A DNA stretch of 61,294 nt, taken from positions 1 through 61,294 of the forward strand of contig JAJNBA010000004.1 in the NCBI GenBank assembly GCA_021155985.1. Reading direction: 5' to 3'. Each line of letters starts with the position of its first letter. Within the stretch, counting starts at the first letter, position 1. Source of the DNA: Actinomycetes bacterium. GTDB lineage: Bacteria > Actinomycetota > UBA4738 > HRBIN12. Shown here piece by piece: positions 52,857 through 61,294 of the stretch. Below the pieces are notes generated by a model. The model had not been told where the DNA came from. It made no database searches and saw only the letters and a list, made by a program, of their open reading frames with translations. A program made the position numbers and the translations under genes.

Positions 52857-53417
52857 ATGAAGAAGCGGGTCGTCAGAGCCGAGGAATTCGAGATCCTGGA
52901 TGCGGCGGGCCATGTTCGGGTGCGGATCGGTCTGTCGAACGACGATTCACCGTTCTTCTCGATGCTGGATCCTGGTGGGCAGGTTCGCGCACGATTCGGC
53001 CTCTCGTCCGACGGGTCCGCGGGACTCGCGATCGGCGACGACAACGGGAAAGTCCGGGCGACCCTCGGGCTTTCGAGTGACGGTTCCGCCAGCTTGGCGT
53101 TCGGGGACCGGAACGGGAAGATCCGCGCCAAGTTCGGTCTGGCCTCGGACGCCTCGCCGACCCTTGGAGCGCACGTGGAGGGCGAGGAGGTCAGCCACCG
53201 GTACACGCTCGCCGACCAAGGGTCGCCGACCCTGGGCTTGTACGATCGGTTGGGACGGGTACGGATCCGGCTGGGGCTCGCGGCCGAAGGATTCCCGATC
53301 CTCCGGCTGCTCGACGCGGAGGGCGAGCTGCGTGCGCTGGTGGGACTGGCAGACGATGGGAGCCCATTGATCCAGTTCATGAACGAGCGCAAACAGCCGA
53401 CATGGACGATGCGATGA
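52857..53417 (+). CDS. Hypothetical protein made of 23-aa beta-type repeats
   Basis: About 7-8 repeats of L.L.D..G.VRA.LGL..DGSP; ATGA overlap with the next gene. Confidence 0.75.
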   Translation: MKKRVVRAEEFEILDAAGHVRVRIGLSNDDSPFFSMLDPGGQVRARFGLSSDGSAGLAIGDDNGKVRATLGLSSDGSASLAFGDRNGKIRAKFGLASDASPTLGAHVEGEEVSHRYTLADQGSPTLGLYDRLGRVRIRLGLAAEGFPILRLLDAEGELRALVGLADDGSPLIQFMNERKQPTWTMR

Positions 53418-53923
53418 GCGGCTGGTGGACCGCGGCCTTCGTCGGACAATGGGTGCTCCTCGTCGTCCTGTGCGTCGTCGTGGTGGCGCTCGCCCGGCAG
53501 GTGGGGACGCTGCACCTGCGGCTGGGACCGCGTGGCGCGTTGGAGATCGACACGGAGGGTCCGATGCTCGGTGAGCCGCTGCCTCCGGTCGACGCGCGGG
53601 CGGCGGACGGGACGCCGATCGTGATCGGCGGCCCGGGGTCGAGGCGACTGGTGCTGTTCTCCTCCCCCACGTGCATCGTCTGCCGGGAGGTGGCGCCCGC
53701 GCTGCCGGCGGCCGCACGGTCCGCGGACCTCCTCGCCCAGGTGGTGCACGACGAGAAGGTGGAACGCGTGTTCGACGTTCCCGGCACCCCGTATCTCTTG
53801 GTCCTCGACGAGATGGGGGTCGTCCGGGGGAAAGGCACGGTCAACAACCTGGAACAGGTGGAGGGGTTGGTCGATACCGCCCGGCGCAGGATGCGGGAGG
53901 ACGGTGAGCGATGGGCGAGCTGA
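53414..53923 (+). CDS. MauD-like membrane-anchored thioredoxin-fold protein
   Basis: N-terminal TM, ALARQVGTLHLRLGPRGAL, EGP..G, LFSSPTCIVC, VPGTPY, KGTVNNLEQVEGL (MauD signature pattern). Confidence 0.85.
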   Translation: MSGWWTAAFVGQWVLLVVLCVVVVALARQVGTLHLRLGPRGALEIDTEGPMLGEPLPPVDARAADGTPIVIGGPGSRRLVLFSSPTCIVCREVAPALPAAARSADLLAQVVHDEKVERVFDVPGTPYLLVLDEMGVVRGKGTVNNLEQVEGLVDTARRRMREDGERWAS

Positions 53924-54447
53924 CCGGCCTGGAGCGGGCTCAACGAGCGCTCGCGCAACGCACGAGCCGCCGAGGGTTCCTCGGGCGCGTGGGCCGGGGC
54001 GTGGTCGCGCTGGCGGGAGGATCGCTGGTGGCGACGGCCCTCGCGCCGGATCGGGCCGAGGCCCTGCACATCTGCGGGCACACCTTCACGACGGGCTCGT
54101 GTCCTCATCCGTACGCTCCCTCGTCGCGGACCGACCGGTATGGGTTCCCGGTGCACCCGACCTACGGGTACCCGGTGGACGACCGAGGGAAGCTCTACCG
54201 TGATCCAGCGACGCAGGAGCGCTCGAAGACCTGTGAGCAGCGCGTCCCGGACGTGTACTCCTTCGTGAACAACCCGCGGTACGGGGGAGGCTGGACCCGG
54301 TGTTGCTTCGGGCGGCTCAGGCACATCCAGGACTGTTGCTCCCGCTCCTCGATCCGGATCAACGGCGACTACGCGGTGCGTGGCTACTGCCCCTCCGGAC
54401 TCAAGGTGTTCTGCATCACGTACCGAGAGCTCGCGAAGACGTGCTGA
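53911..54447 (+). CDS. Tat-exported cysteine-rich protein resembling amine dehydrogenase light chain (MauA-like)
   Basis: Twin-Arg signal RTSRRGFLG, AEA cleavage site, 10 Cys, GWTRCC...IQDCC...VFC. Confidence 0.72.
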   Translation: MGELTGLERAQRALAQRTSRRGFLGRVGRGVVALAGGSLVATALAPDRAEALHICGHTFTTGSCPHPYAPSSRTDRYGFPVHPTYGYPVDDRGKLYRDPATQERSKTCEQRVPDVYSFVNNPRYGGGWTRCCFGRLRHIQDCCSRSSIRINGDYAVRGYCPSGLKVFCITYRELAKTC

Positions 54448-55637
54448 GCGACGCCGGGCTCGTATCGCTCGCCGCCGCCGCGGCGGTCGCCGGCTGGTCC
54501 GCGTTGTGGGGTCCCTGAGGTCTCTCGATGGTGGAGACCATCAGCCCCGTCGTGTACGGGACGCGGACCCGCTGGGCGGGGGCCCTGGCGCTCCACGCCG
54601 TGGGCGCGACGGCGACCGCGGCAGGCTTCGGTGCCCTGGTCGCCGCGGCCGCCGCGATGCTCGGTGCCCCCTGGGGGAGGGCCGGCGGCGCGATCGTGGC
54701 AGGGGTCGCCCTCCTGTATCTCGTCCGAGAGCTGAGCGGGATCCGCCTGCCGGTGCCGCAGCTGCGCCGACAGGTGCCGGACTGGTGGCGGACGTACTTC
54801 GGCCGACCGCTGGCGGCGCTGCTGTACGGCGCCGGTCTCGGCGTCGGCTTCTTCACCTTCCTCGGCCACGGGACGCTCGTCGTGGTCACGGCGGGCGCGG
54901 CCTCGACCGGCCGACCGCTGTGGGGTGCGCTCGCGGTGGCGCCGTTCGGGCTCGCGCGGGGCCTGGCGCCGCTCGTCGCTGCCGGATCGCGGGAGCCGGA
55001 GGACGGCCGCCGACTCGTCGACCGTCTGAGCTCGACGTCGGACCGACTCCGGAGGGGGCTGAACGGCCTCGCCCTCGCGGGGATCCTGGTAACCGCCGCC
55101 GCCGCGGCGTGGCGTTCGCGCGACGGCTGGGCCGCGGCGGGCGCCGCGGTCCTCGCGGTGACGTTCGCATGGTCCTCGATCGACAAGGTCGTCGGATGGA
55201 GCCGATGGCGACGGGCCCTCAGCGGCCATGCATTCCCACCGAGCGTGACGCGCGTCGCCGCCTGGGTGGCGCCGGGGACCGAAGCCCTCGTCCCGGCCCT
55301 CGCGCTCCTCGGGCGGCCGCGAGCCGCGGCCGTCGTCGCGCTCGCCGCGATCGTGGTCTTCTCCGCCGCCCTCGTGCGCCTCGCCCTTCGCGACGGCCCC
55401 CGCGTCTCCTGCGGCTGCCTCGGCCGAGGGTCGATCGACGTGCGGGTGGCGCTCGGGCGGAACGCGGCGCTCGCCGCCGCCGCCGCCGCCTCGTGGACCT
55501 CGGCGTCCCCGGACCCGCACCTCCAGCTCCCGCGCGCCGACGAGTCGCTGCCGGCCCTGCTCCTGGCGGGTGCAGTCGCTGCCGCCGTGATCACCGGATG
55601 GCGTGCCGCGATCTGGCTGCGAAAGGGGAGCGTGTGA
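54441..55637 (+). CDS. MauF-like/MauE-like fusion membrane protein, candidate selenoprotein (TGA 54516-54518 = Sec26)
   Basis: GTG 54441 overlaps the upstream stop. Reads MLSDAGLVSLAAAAAVAGWSALWGP-TGA-GLSMVETISP, in frame with the 54528-55637 ORF. PQLRRQVP..W, YGAGLGVGFFT (MauF-like); K...E...SCGCLG...RN (MauE-like). Confidence 0.78.
54519..54562 (+). promoter_or_regulatory. Candidate bacterial SECIS hairpin(s)
   Basis: Just 3' of the TGA: GATGGT-GGAG-ACCATC (or the alternative GGTCTC...GAGACC), then CCCGT-CGTGT-ACGGG with a GT in the loop 32 nt after the TGA. Confidence 0.5.
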
Positions 55638-56227
55638 AGGCGCGGCGGCTGCTGTCGACGCTCGCGCCGTTCGGTGCTGCCCTCGTCACCGTGGCGCTGG
55701 TCACCGCGATCGCCGGCGCACACGACACCGACCTGACCGATCCGAACGACACCCGAGGCAGCCTCGACGTGCGACAGGTGCGTCTCTCGCATAAGTCGGG
55801 ACCGCCTGCGTGGACGATCGTGACCTTCGGCGAATGGCGAACGGGAAAGATCTGGGACCGCGGCTACCTGATGGTCTTGCTCGACACCCAGGGGAAAGAG
55901 GACGCCGAGTACTACCTGCTCGTGCGGTCCGCGGGGACCGGCCTCCTGGGGTCGCTCTGGCGGATCCGCAACGTAGGGCCCGACTCCTACCTCGGCTCCG
56001 TGCCCGTCCAGCGGTTCTCGCGGCTGAGCGCGACCGTCCGGGTCGGTCTGTCTCGGCTCACGTTCGGTGCGCACCGGCTCTTCTATCGATGGTGGGTGGA
56101 GACGCTCTTCACGGGCGAGCGCTGCAAGCGGACGTGCCACGACCGTGCTCCCAACCGCGATCCCGTCCTCCAGTGGAGGCCCGGGATGTCGCCGTCGCCA
56201 CCTCCGAGCGAGTCCCCGTCCCCGTGA
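55634..56227 (+). CDS. Hypothetical secreted protein
   Basis: Signal peptide (AIAGA-H), DPNDTRGSLDV, C-terminal CKRTCHDRAP; GTGA coupling to the upstream gene. Confidence 0.72.
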   Translation: MKARRLLSTLAPFGAALVTVALVTAIAGAHDTDLTDPNDTRGSLDVRQVRLSHKSGPPAWTIVTFGEWRTGKIWDRGYLMVLLDTQGKEDAEYYLLVRSAGTGLLGSLWRIRNVGPDSYLGSVPVQRFSRLSATVRVGLSRLTFGAHRLFYRWWVETLFTGERCKRTCHDRAPNRDPVLQWRPGMSPSPPPSESPSP

Positions 56228-56324
56228 TGGCTCTCGACGGGTGAGCCCGTTTCCCTCGACCAGCGAGCGGGTAGTCGCTGCTCATGCGGTAGCTGCTCCG
56301 GCGATCGAAAGAAAGGAGCCCAGG

Positions 56325-56909
56325 ATGCGGACAGGTCGGATCCTCGCTATCGTCATCACGGCCGGTTTCCTCATCTCGATCCTCGTCGCCGGCACGTCTT
56401 CCGGAGTGCCGGCTGGCTGCACGATCATCGGAACCCCCGACAGCGACCACCTGTCTGGTACTGACGGCCGCGACGTGATCTGCGGCCTCGGGGGGAGGGA
56501 CCAGATCCACGGCAAGGGAGGGAACGACGTCCTCATCGGCGGCGATGGCGGTGACACCGTCCGGGGCGGCGCAGGCAAGGACAGGCTGCGAGGAGGAGGC
56601 GGTGTGGACTTCCTCATCGGTGGCGGAGGCCGCGACGTGGCGCGCGGCGGGAGGGGTCAGGACTTCGTTCTCGGGGGACCGAAGGCCGACAGGCTCTTCG
56701 GCGGTCCCGGCAACGATCCCCAGGTCTGGGGCCAGTCCGGCACCGGGGACTTCGTCAGCGGTGGCAACGGGAACGACTTCTGCTTGATCACCCAGGACGG
56801 CGACGGTGACGACGTGGTGGTGGGCGGCCCGGGTCGTGATACCGCCGAAGCCGATCCGGGAGACGCTCGGCGGAGCGTTGAGACGTTCGAGATCTGCCTC
56901 GGCGGATAG
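56325..56909 (+). CDS. Secreted RTX/hemolysin-type calcium-binding repeat protein
   Basis: AAGGAG RBS, signal peptide, CTIIGT...DVICGLGG.D, multiple GGxGxD nonapeptides. Confidence 0.85.
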   Translation: MRTGRILAIVITAGFLISILVAGTSSGVPAGCTIIGTPDSDHLSGTDGRDVICGLGGRDQIHGKGGNDVLIGGDGGDTVRGGAGKDRLRGGGGVDFLIGGGGRDVARGGRGQDFVLGGPKADRLFGGPGNDPQVWGQSGTGDFVSGGNGNDFCLITQDGDGDDVVVGGPGRDTAEADPGDARRSVETFEICLGG

Positions 56910-57224
56910 CTCCGGTCCACCACGGGGTCGGTGAGCCCCGCCGCCATCGGTGGAGTATCTACCCCGTGATCCCTTCTCACGGAGGGTGCTCCGTCCCTAC
57001 GTCGGGTCTACCTGCGGCGATCCTCGGGGGCACGGCATCGGGTTCTCCCCTGAGGACGAGGACACGAGCACGACTACGTACGTCGATCTACGGATAGGTC
57101 TGAGCACCTCCGCGTCAGGCTGACCACATCTCAGCGCCGGCGATCAGGAAGCTGCATGGCTCGGTCCTCTACACTCGTCCCCGCGACCTGTGAAGAAGCC
57201 TTCGATGGCTCTCCGGGTCGGCGC

Positions 57225-57297
57225 GGGGACGTAGCTCAGCTGGTAGAGCACCTGCTTTGCAAGCAGGGGGTCGGCGGTTCGAGTCCGCTCGTCTCCA
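57225..57297 (+). tRNA. tRNA-Ala (TGC)
   Basis: GGGGACG...CGTCTCC-A with G3:U70, anticodon loop TTTGCAA, GTTCGAGT. Confidence 0.96.
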
Positions 57298-57442
57298 CCG
57301 AACTCAGAGCCTCCTCCCGACGAACAAGCGCGGCTTGGCCCGATGCCGGGTACGGCCGACCGTGAGAGCCTCGACCTGTCGGCAAGGTTGGGCCGCGCCA
57401 TCCCTACAATCCTGACGTCCACCGACCCGGGGGAGAGCGCCT

Positions 57443-60198
57443 TTGGCAGGTGACGTCATCGGGCGCGAGTCCGAGCTCGCGGTCCTCGATCGCTTCCTGG
57501 ACTCGATCCCGTCCGGGCCGAGTGCAGTGCTCCTCTCCGGTGACCCCGGCATCGGGAAGACCACCGTATGGCAGGAAGGGCTGGCGGGTGCACTGCAACG
57601 GCGCTACCGCACGCTCTCATGCCGCCCGGTCGAGGCGGAGACGCGCCTGTCGTACGCCGCCCTCGGTGACCTCCTCGAGCCCGTCCTCGAGGAAGCACTT
57701 CCTGCGGTGCCCGAGCCGCAGCGCCGGGCCCTCGAGGTGGCCCTCCTGCGGTCCCCGAGTTCGGGCGCCCGGGCCGACCAGCGGGCCGTGTCCCTGGCCG
57801 TCCTCGGATGTCTCCGGTCGGTGGCCTCCACCTCCCCCGTCGTCCTGGCGATCGATGACGTCCAGTGGATGGACCTCCCCTCGGTCCGGGTGCTCCAGTT
57901 CGTCGTGCGGCGCCTGAAGGACGAGCAGGTTGGTTCGATGACGGCCGCTCGAGGCGCCCGTGCCGATGACGACCCCCTGGGCGTCGTGTCGACCTTCGCC
58001 GAGGATCGCGTGCACGCCGTCCACGTCGGACCGCTGTCGCAGGACGCCCTCGAACAGGTGCTCCGGGCCAAGGTGGGGGAAGGGTTCTCCCGAACGACGC
58101 TCCTGAGCCTCCACGAGATGTCGGGAGGCAACCCCTTCTTCGCTCGGGAGATCGGATTGGCGCTCCTTCGCCGTGGAGGTGACGTGACGGCCGGCGAACG
58201 GCTCCCGATCCCTGACCGCCTTCAAGAGCTCATCGAGGATCGCCTCGGGGGGCTCCCTGCGCGGACCGTCGAAGCCCTGGAGGTCGTCTCGGCCCTGTCG
58301 GCTCCGACGTTCGATGCGATCGCTGCCGCGACCGATCCTTCCGAGGTCGACCGTCGCCTGGGTCCGGCGATCGAGAACAGCGTCGTCGAGTTCGTCGGCG
58401 ACCGCCTTCGGTTCACCCACCCCCTCCTCGCGTCCGCCGTCTATCAGAAGATCCCGCTGACTCGGCGTCGCGAGCTGCACGCGCGGCTCGCGACGATCGT
58501 CCGAGATCCGGAGGAACGAGCCCGCCACCTGGCGCTTTCCGTCGAGGGCCCGGACATCGCCGTCGCCGCCGCCCTCGAGGAGGCCGCCCCGCTGGCCTCC
58601 TCTCGGGGAGCGCCACAATCCGCGGCTGAGCTCTGGGAGATGGCCTGCCGCGCCACGCCGCGGGACCGGGGCGAGGACCTGGTGCGCCGGACCCATCAGG
58701 CGGGCATAGCGCACTACGAGAGCGGGGACACCTCGCTCGCGCGGAGTGTCCTCGAGCAAGCGGTGGATCTCTCGATGGCCGGGCCGGCTCGGGGCCGCGT
58801 GCTGCTGGACCTGGGGATGGGCCTCGCCGAGACCGAAGGGTGGCGGGGGGCCTGGGCCGTGTTCGAGGCCGCTCGGGGCGAGGCGGGGGACGATCTCGCG
58901 CTGAGGGCACGGGTCGAGCAGAACCTCGGGTACGCCTGGCTGTTCAGGGGGGACCTCGCGGCATCGGAACGGCACGCTCGCGCAGCGCTGCAGCTCGCCG
59001 AGGAGCTGCAGGAACCACAGGTGATGGCCGAAGCGTTCCAGGCGTATCCATTCGTCGAGTTCCTCCTCGGACGCGGGGTCGATCAGGCGAGTTCAAATCC
59101 CACGTCATCCGTGCAAGCTTCACTCTGGCGCAGCTCCTAAAGTTCACCGATCGCCTGGACGAAGCCCGCCGGACGTTCACCGAGCTCCTGGGTGATGCCG
59201 CGGCGCACGGCGTTGAGACCCCGATCCCGCAGATCCGGTACCACCTCGCCGAGCTCGAATGCCGGGCGGGCAACTGGGATGCAGCCATGGAGCACGCCCG
59301 GGAGAGCAGGGCGGCCGCCGAGCGACTCCGCATGGGGGCGTGGATGTTGTCGGAGGGCCACTTCGCGGTGGGCCTCGTGGAAGCCCATCTGGGGCGGGCC
59401 GATCCGGCGAGGCTGGCAGCCCTCGAGGGGCTCCGGTTCACCGAGGCGGCCGGCGAGATCCTCCTCCAGATCCTGAATCTGGCGGTCCTGGGGTTCCTCG
59501 AGCTCTCCCTGGGCCGACCCGCCGAGGCCGATGCGTTCCTGTCCAGGGCGGTGGAGCTCGAGCAAGCGATGGGCGTTCGGGAACCCGCGTACTTCCGGAT
59601 CGTCCCGGATGAGATCGAGGCGCTCGTGGGCCTGGGACGGCTCGACGAAGCCGAGGCGCTCCTCGCGCCCTTCGAGGACGCGGGCCGACGCCTCGATCGG
59701 GCGTGGGCCATGGCGACGGGAGCCAGATGCCGGGCGCTCGTGTTCGCGGCCCGGGGTGATCTCCAAGCTGCATCCGATGCAGCCGATGAGGCTTTCCTTC
59801 ACCACGGGCGCCTGCCGCTTCCGTTCGAGCTGGGTCGGACGCTGTTGGTGACCGGAACGGTGCAGCGCCGGGCGAAGAGGAAGCGTGAGGCTCGGGACAT
59901 GCTCACGCAGGCCCTGGAGATCTTCGAGGGGCTCGGCGCCGCGGCGTGGTCGGAACGCACGCGTGCCGAGCTCGCCCGGATCGGGGGGCGGGCCGCCTCC
60001 TCGGTGGACCTGACCCCGACCGAGGCCAGGGTGGCGGAGCTGGTCGCCGCCGGGAGCACCAACCGAGAGGCGGCCGACGCCCTGTTCGTCAGCGTCCATA
60101 CCGTGGAAGCCAATCTCAAGCGGATCTACCGCAAGCTGGGCATCCGCTCTCGCACGGAGCTGGCCTCGAAGTTCCCATCCGGCTCCCCGGGATCCTGA
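57443..60198 (+). pseudogene. LAL/MalT-type AAA-ATPase-LuxR regulator split by a frameshift near 59085
   Basis: First frame: GRESEL, GDPGIGKT, IDDVQW, SGGNPFF, FTHPL. Second frame: TPR-like region and LuxR HTH (LTPTEARVAELVAAGSTNREAADALFVSVHTVEANLKRIYRKLG). Confidence 0.8.
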
Positions 60199-60317
60199 GC
60201 CGAGACATACCGATCACCGCCTCGATCGGTACGGATTTCGGGGATTCCCCGGGTCGATGCTCCTTCTAGCCTCGGGCTCAGGGATCGGCGATCGGTCCCC
60301 AGGTGAAAGGAGGAACC

Positions 60318-60725
60318 ATGAGCACGAAGGCAGGAACCCTCGGGGTCTCGGGTCTGCCGGCGCGGTTCACGCTGTGGACCACGGCCGTGTCCGTCCTGGC
60401 GGCCGCGGCGCTGATCATGAGCGCGTTGGCGCTCACCTTGGCGGGGCGAGCCGATCGCTCCGTGACGAGCGTGGCAGGCAGCGGCACCCAGGAGGCGGCG
60501 ACCATCGGAGTGCCTCTGTGGGACGCGGGCAAGCTCGAAGCCATGCAGGGCCGTGTGCTCGCAGAGACCGTCCGGGCCGAAGGGTCCGCGGCACGCTGGG
60601 ACGCCGACAAGCTCGAGGCCATGCGGGGCCGTGTGCTCGCCGAGACCGTCCGGGCCGAAGGGTCCGCGGCGCTCTGGGACGCGGGCAAGCTCGAAGCCAT
60701 GCAGGGCCGTGTGCTCGCCGGGTAG
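60318..60725 (+). CDS. Small membrane-anchored protein with 26-aa tandem repeats
   Basis: AAAGGAGG RBS, TM helix, WDAGKLEAMQGRVLAETVRAEGSAA repeated about 2.6 times. Confidence 0.72.
   Translation: MSTKAGTLGVSGLPARFTLWTTAVSVLAAAALIMSALALTLAGRADRSVTSVAGSGTQEAATIGVPLWDAGKLEAMQGRVLAETVRAEGSAARWDADKLEAMRGRVLAETVRAEGSAALWDAGKLEAMQGRVLAG
60519..60720 (+). repeat. 78-bp tandem repeat, about 2.6 copies
   Basis: Units start at 60519, 60597 and 60675 (TGGGACGC.G.CAAGCTCGA.GCCATGC.GGGCCGTGTGCTCGC). Confidence 0.9.
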
Positions 60726-60907
60726 CCCATGGTCGTGCCGACCGGTTGGGTTGAGGCTCGGAGCGGGCGCCAGCGCTGGGAGGAGTGGAGGAGTCGTGAG
60801 GATGCGGCGATCGCGTCAACCGGACCAAGCGCGCATGGGGGGCAGACTCATCGGCCAAGACCGGTAGGTCCCGTTCGCTTGGCCAGGCCGCTACACGTCG
60901 CGCGGGC

Positions 60908-61294
60908 TCAGGCGACGAGGCCCATCTTCGCGGTCTCCTTGATGAGCGCCACGAGCGCCTTCTCGTCGAGGTCCGCGAGCTTCTTGAACATCACGCAGGA
61001 CTTGCCGATGCTGGCCTTCGGGAGCCGCTCGACGTATCGCTCGGCCACGTAGCCGTTCGAGTCGGCGGCGAAGCAGTACAGCGAGATGTACGAGGCGTTG
61101 CTGGCGATCGAGAGCTTGCAGGCGTCGCCCTCGCGGCCGCTCGCATAGCGATAGTGGAACGGCCCGTAGCCGAGCATGCCGCCCATGATCACCGGCTCGA
61201 GCTTCGGCGCGTGCTTGCGGATCAGCGCATCGAGTGCCGCGATGTCGGACCGGCGCTCGTCATCCACCGCGGCGATGTACCCGGCCGGGGTCTT
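60908..61294 (-). CDS. DUF1801/YdhG-like protein (5' end beyond window)
   Basis: YIAAVDDERR, MLGYGPFHYRYASGREGD, YISLY, IGKSCV.FKKL.DLD. Confidence 0.85.
   Translation of the reverse strand, partial: KTPAGYIAAVDDERRSDIAALDALIRKHAPKLEPVIMGGMLGYGPFHYRYASGREGDACKLSIASNASYISLYCFAADSNGYVAERYVERLPKASIGKSCVMFKKLADLDEKALVALIKETAKMGLVA

Noticed and set aside
54528-55637. ATG 54528 as the true start of the MauF/MauE-like gene
   Set aside because: It has no RBS, would drop the first helix and the Pro-(Cys/Sec)-Gly motif, and would break the overlap coupling seen across the operon. Not fully excluded.
52857-56227. Calling the cluster a classical methylamine dehydrogenase operon
   Set aside because: No MauB, MauG or amicyanin in the window, and the light-chain-like protein lacks the second Trp.
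56910-57224. Short ORFs upstream of tRNA-Ala
   Set aside because: No recognisable motif and too short to support; may be a gene remnant.
50315-57297. rRNA operon spacer or integrative element suggested by tRNA-Ile/tRNA-Ala
   Set aside because: No rRNA sequence, integrase, transposase or att repeat seen.
60519-60720. CRISPR array
   Set aside because: Contiguous in-frame 78-bp coding repeats without unique spacers; no cas genes.

Overview
High-GC Actinomycetota-type chromosomal segment spanning the replication origin. The core is the conserved actinobacterial oriC block: pcnA, NUDIX, DUF6049-like, murJ, ECF sigma/anti-sigma, trxB, trxA, cwlM-like; then parB, parA, rsmG (with parS), jag, yidC, yidD, rnpA, rpmH; then dnaA, oriC, dnaN, recF, dciA, gyrB, gyrA, DUF3566-like, tRNA-Ile and tRNA-Ala. 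The left arm holds a cobalamin-riboswitch-controlled Btu-type ABC transporter, padR-ino1, several MFS transporters, tusA-dsrE2, Ni-SOD (sodN/sodX), a divergent ychF, an adenylate cyclase and a molybdate (mod) operon. The most notable element lies between tRNA-Ile and tRNA-Ala: a translationally coupled five-gene mau-like operon (52857-56227). It encodes a 23-aa beta-repeat protein, a MauD-like thioredoxin, a Tat-exported 10-Cys MauA-like protein with only one Trp, a MauF-MauE-like fusion and a secreted protein. The fusion has an in-frame TGA at the position of a conserved Cys (WGP-U-GLSM), followed by SECIS-like hairpins, so it is a candidate selenoprotein. No MauB, MauG or amicyanin is present in the window. 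All family assignments come from motif recognition and synteny, not database searches.
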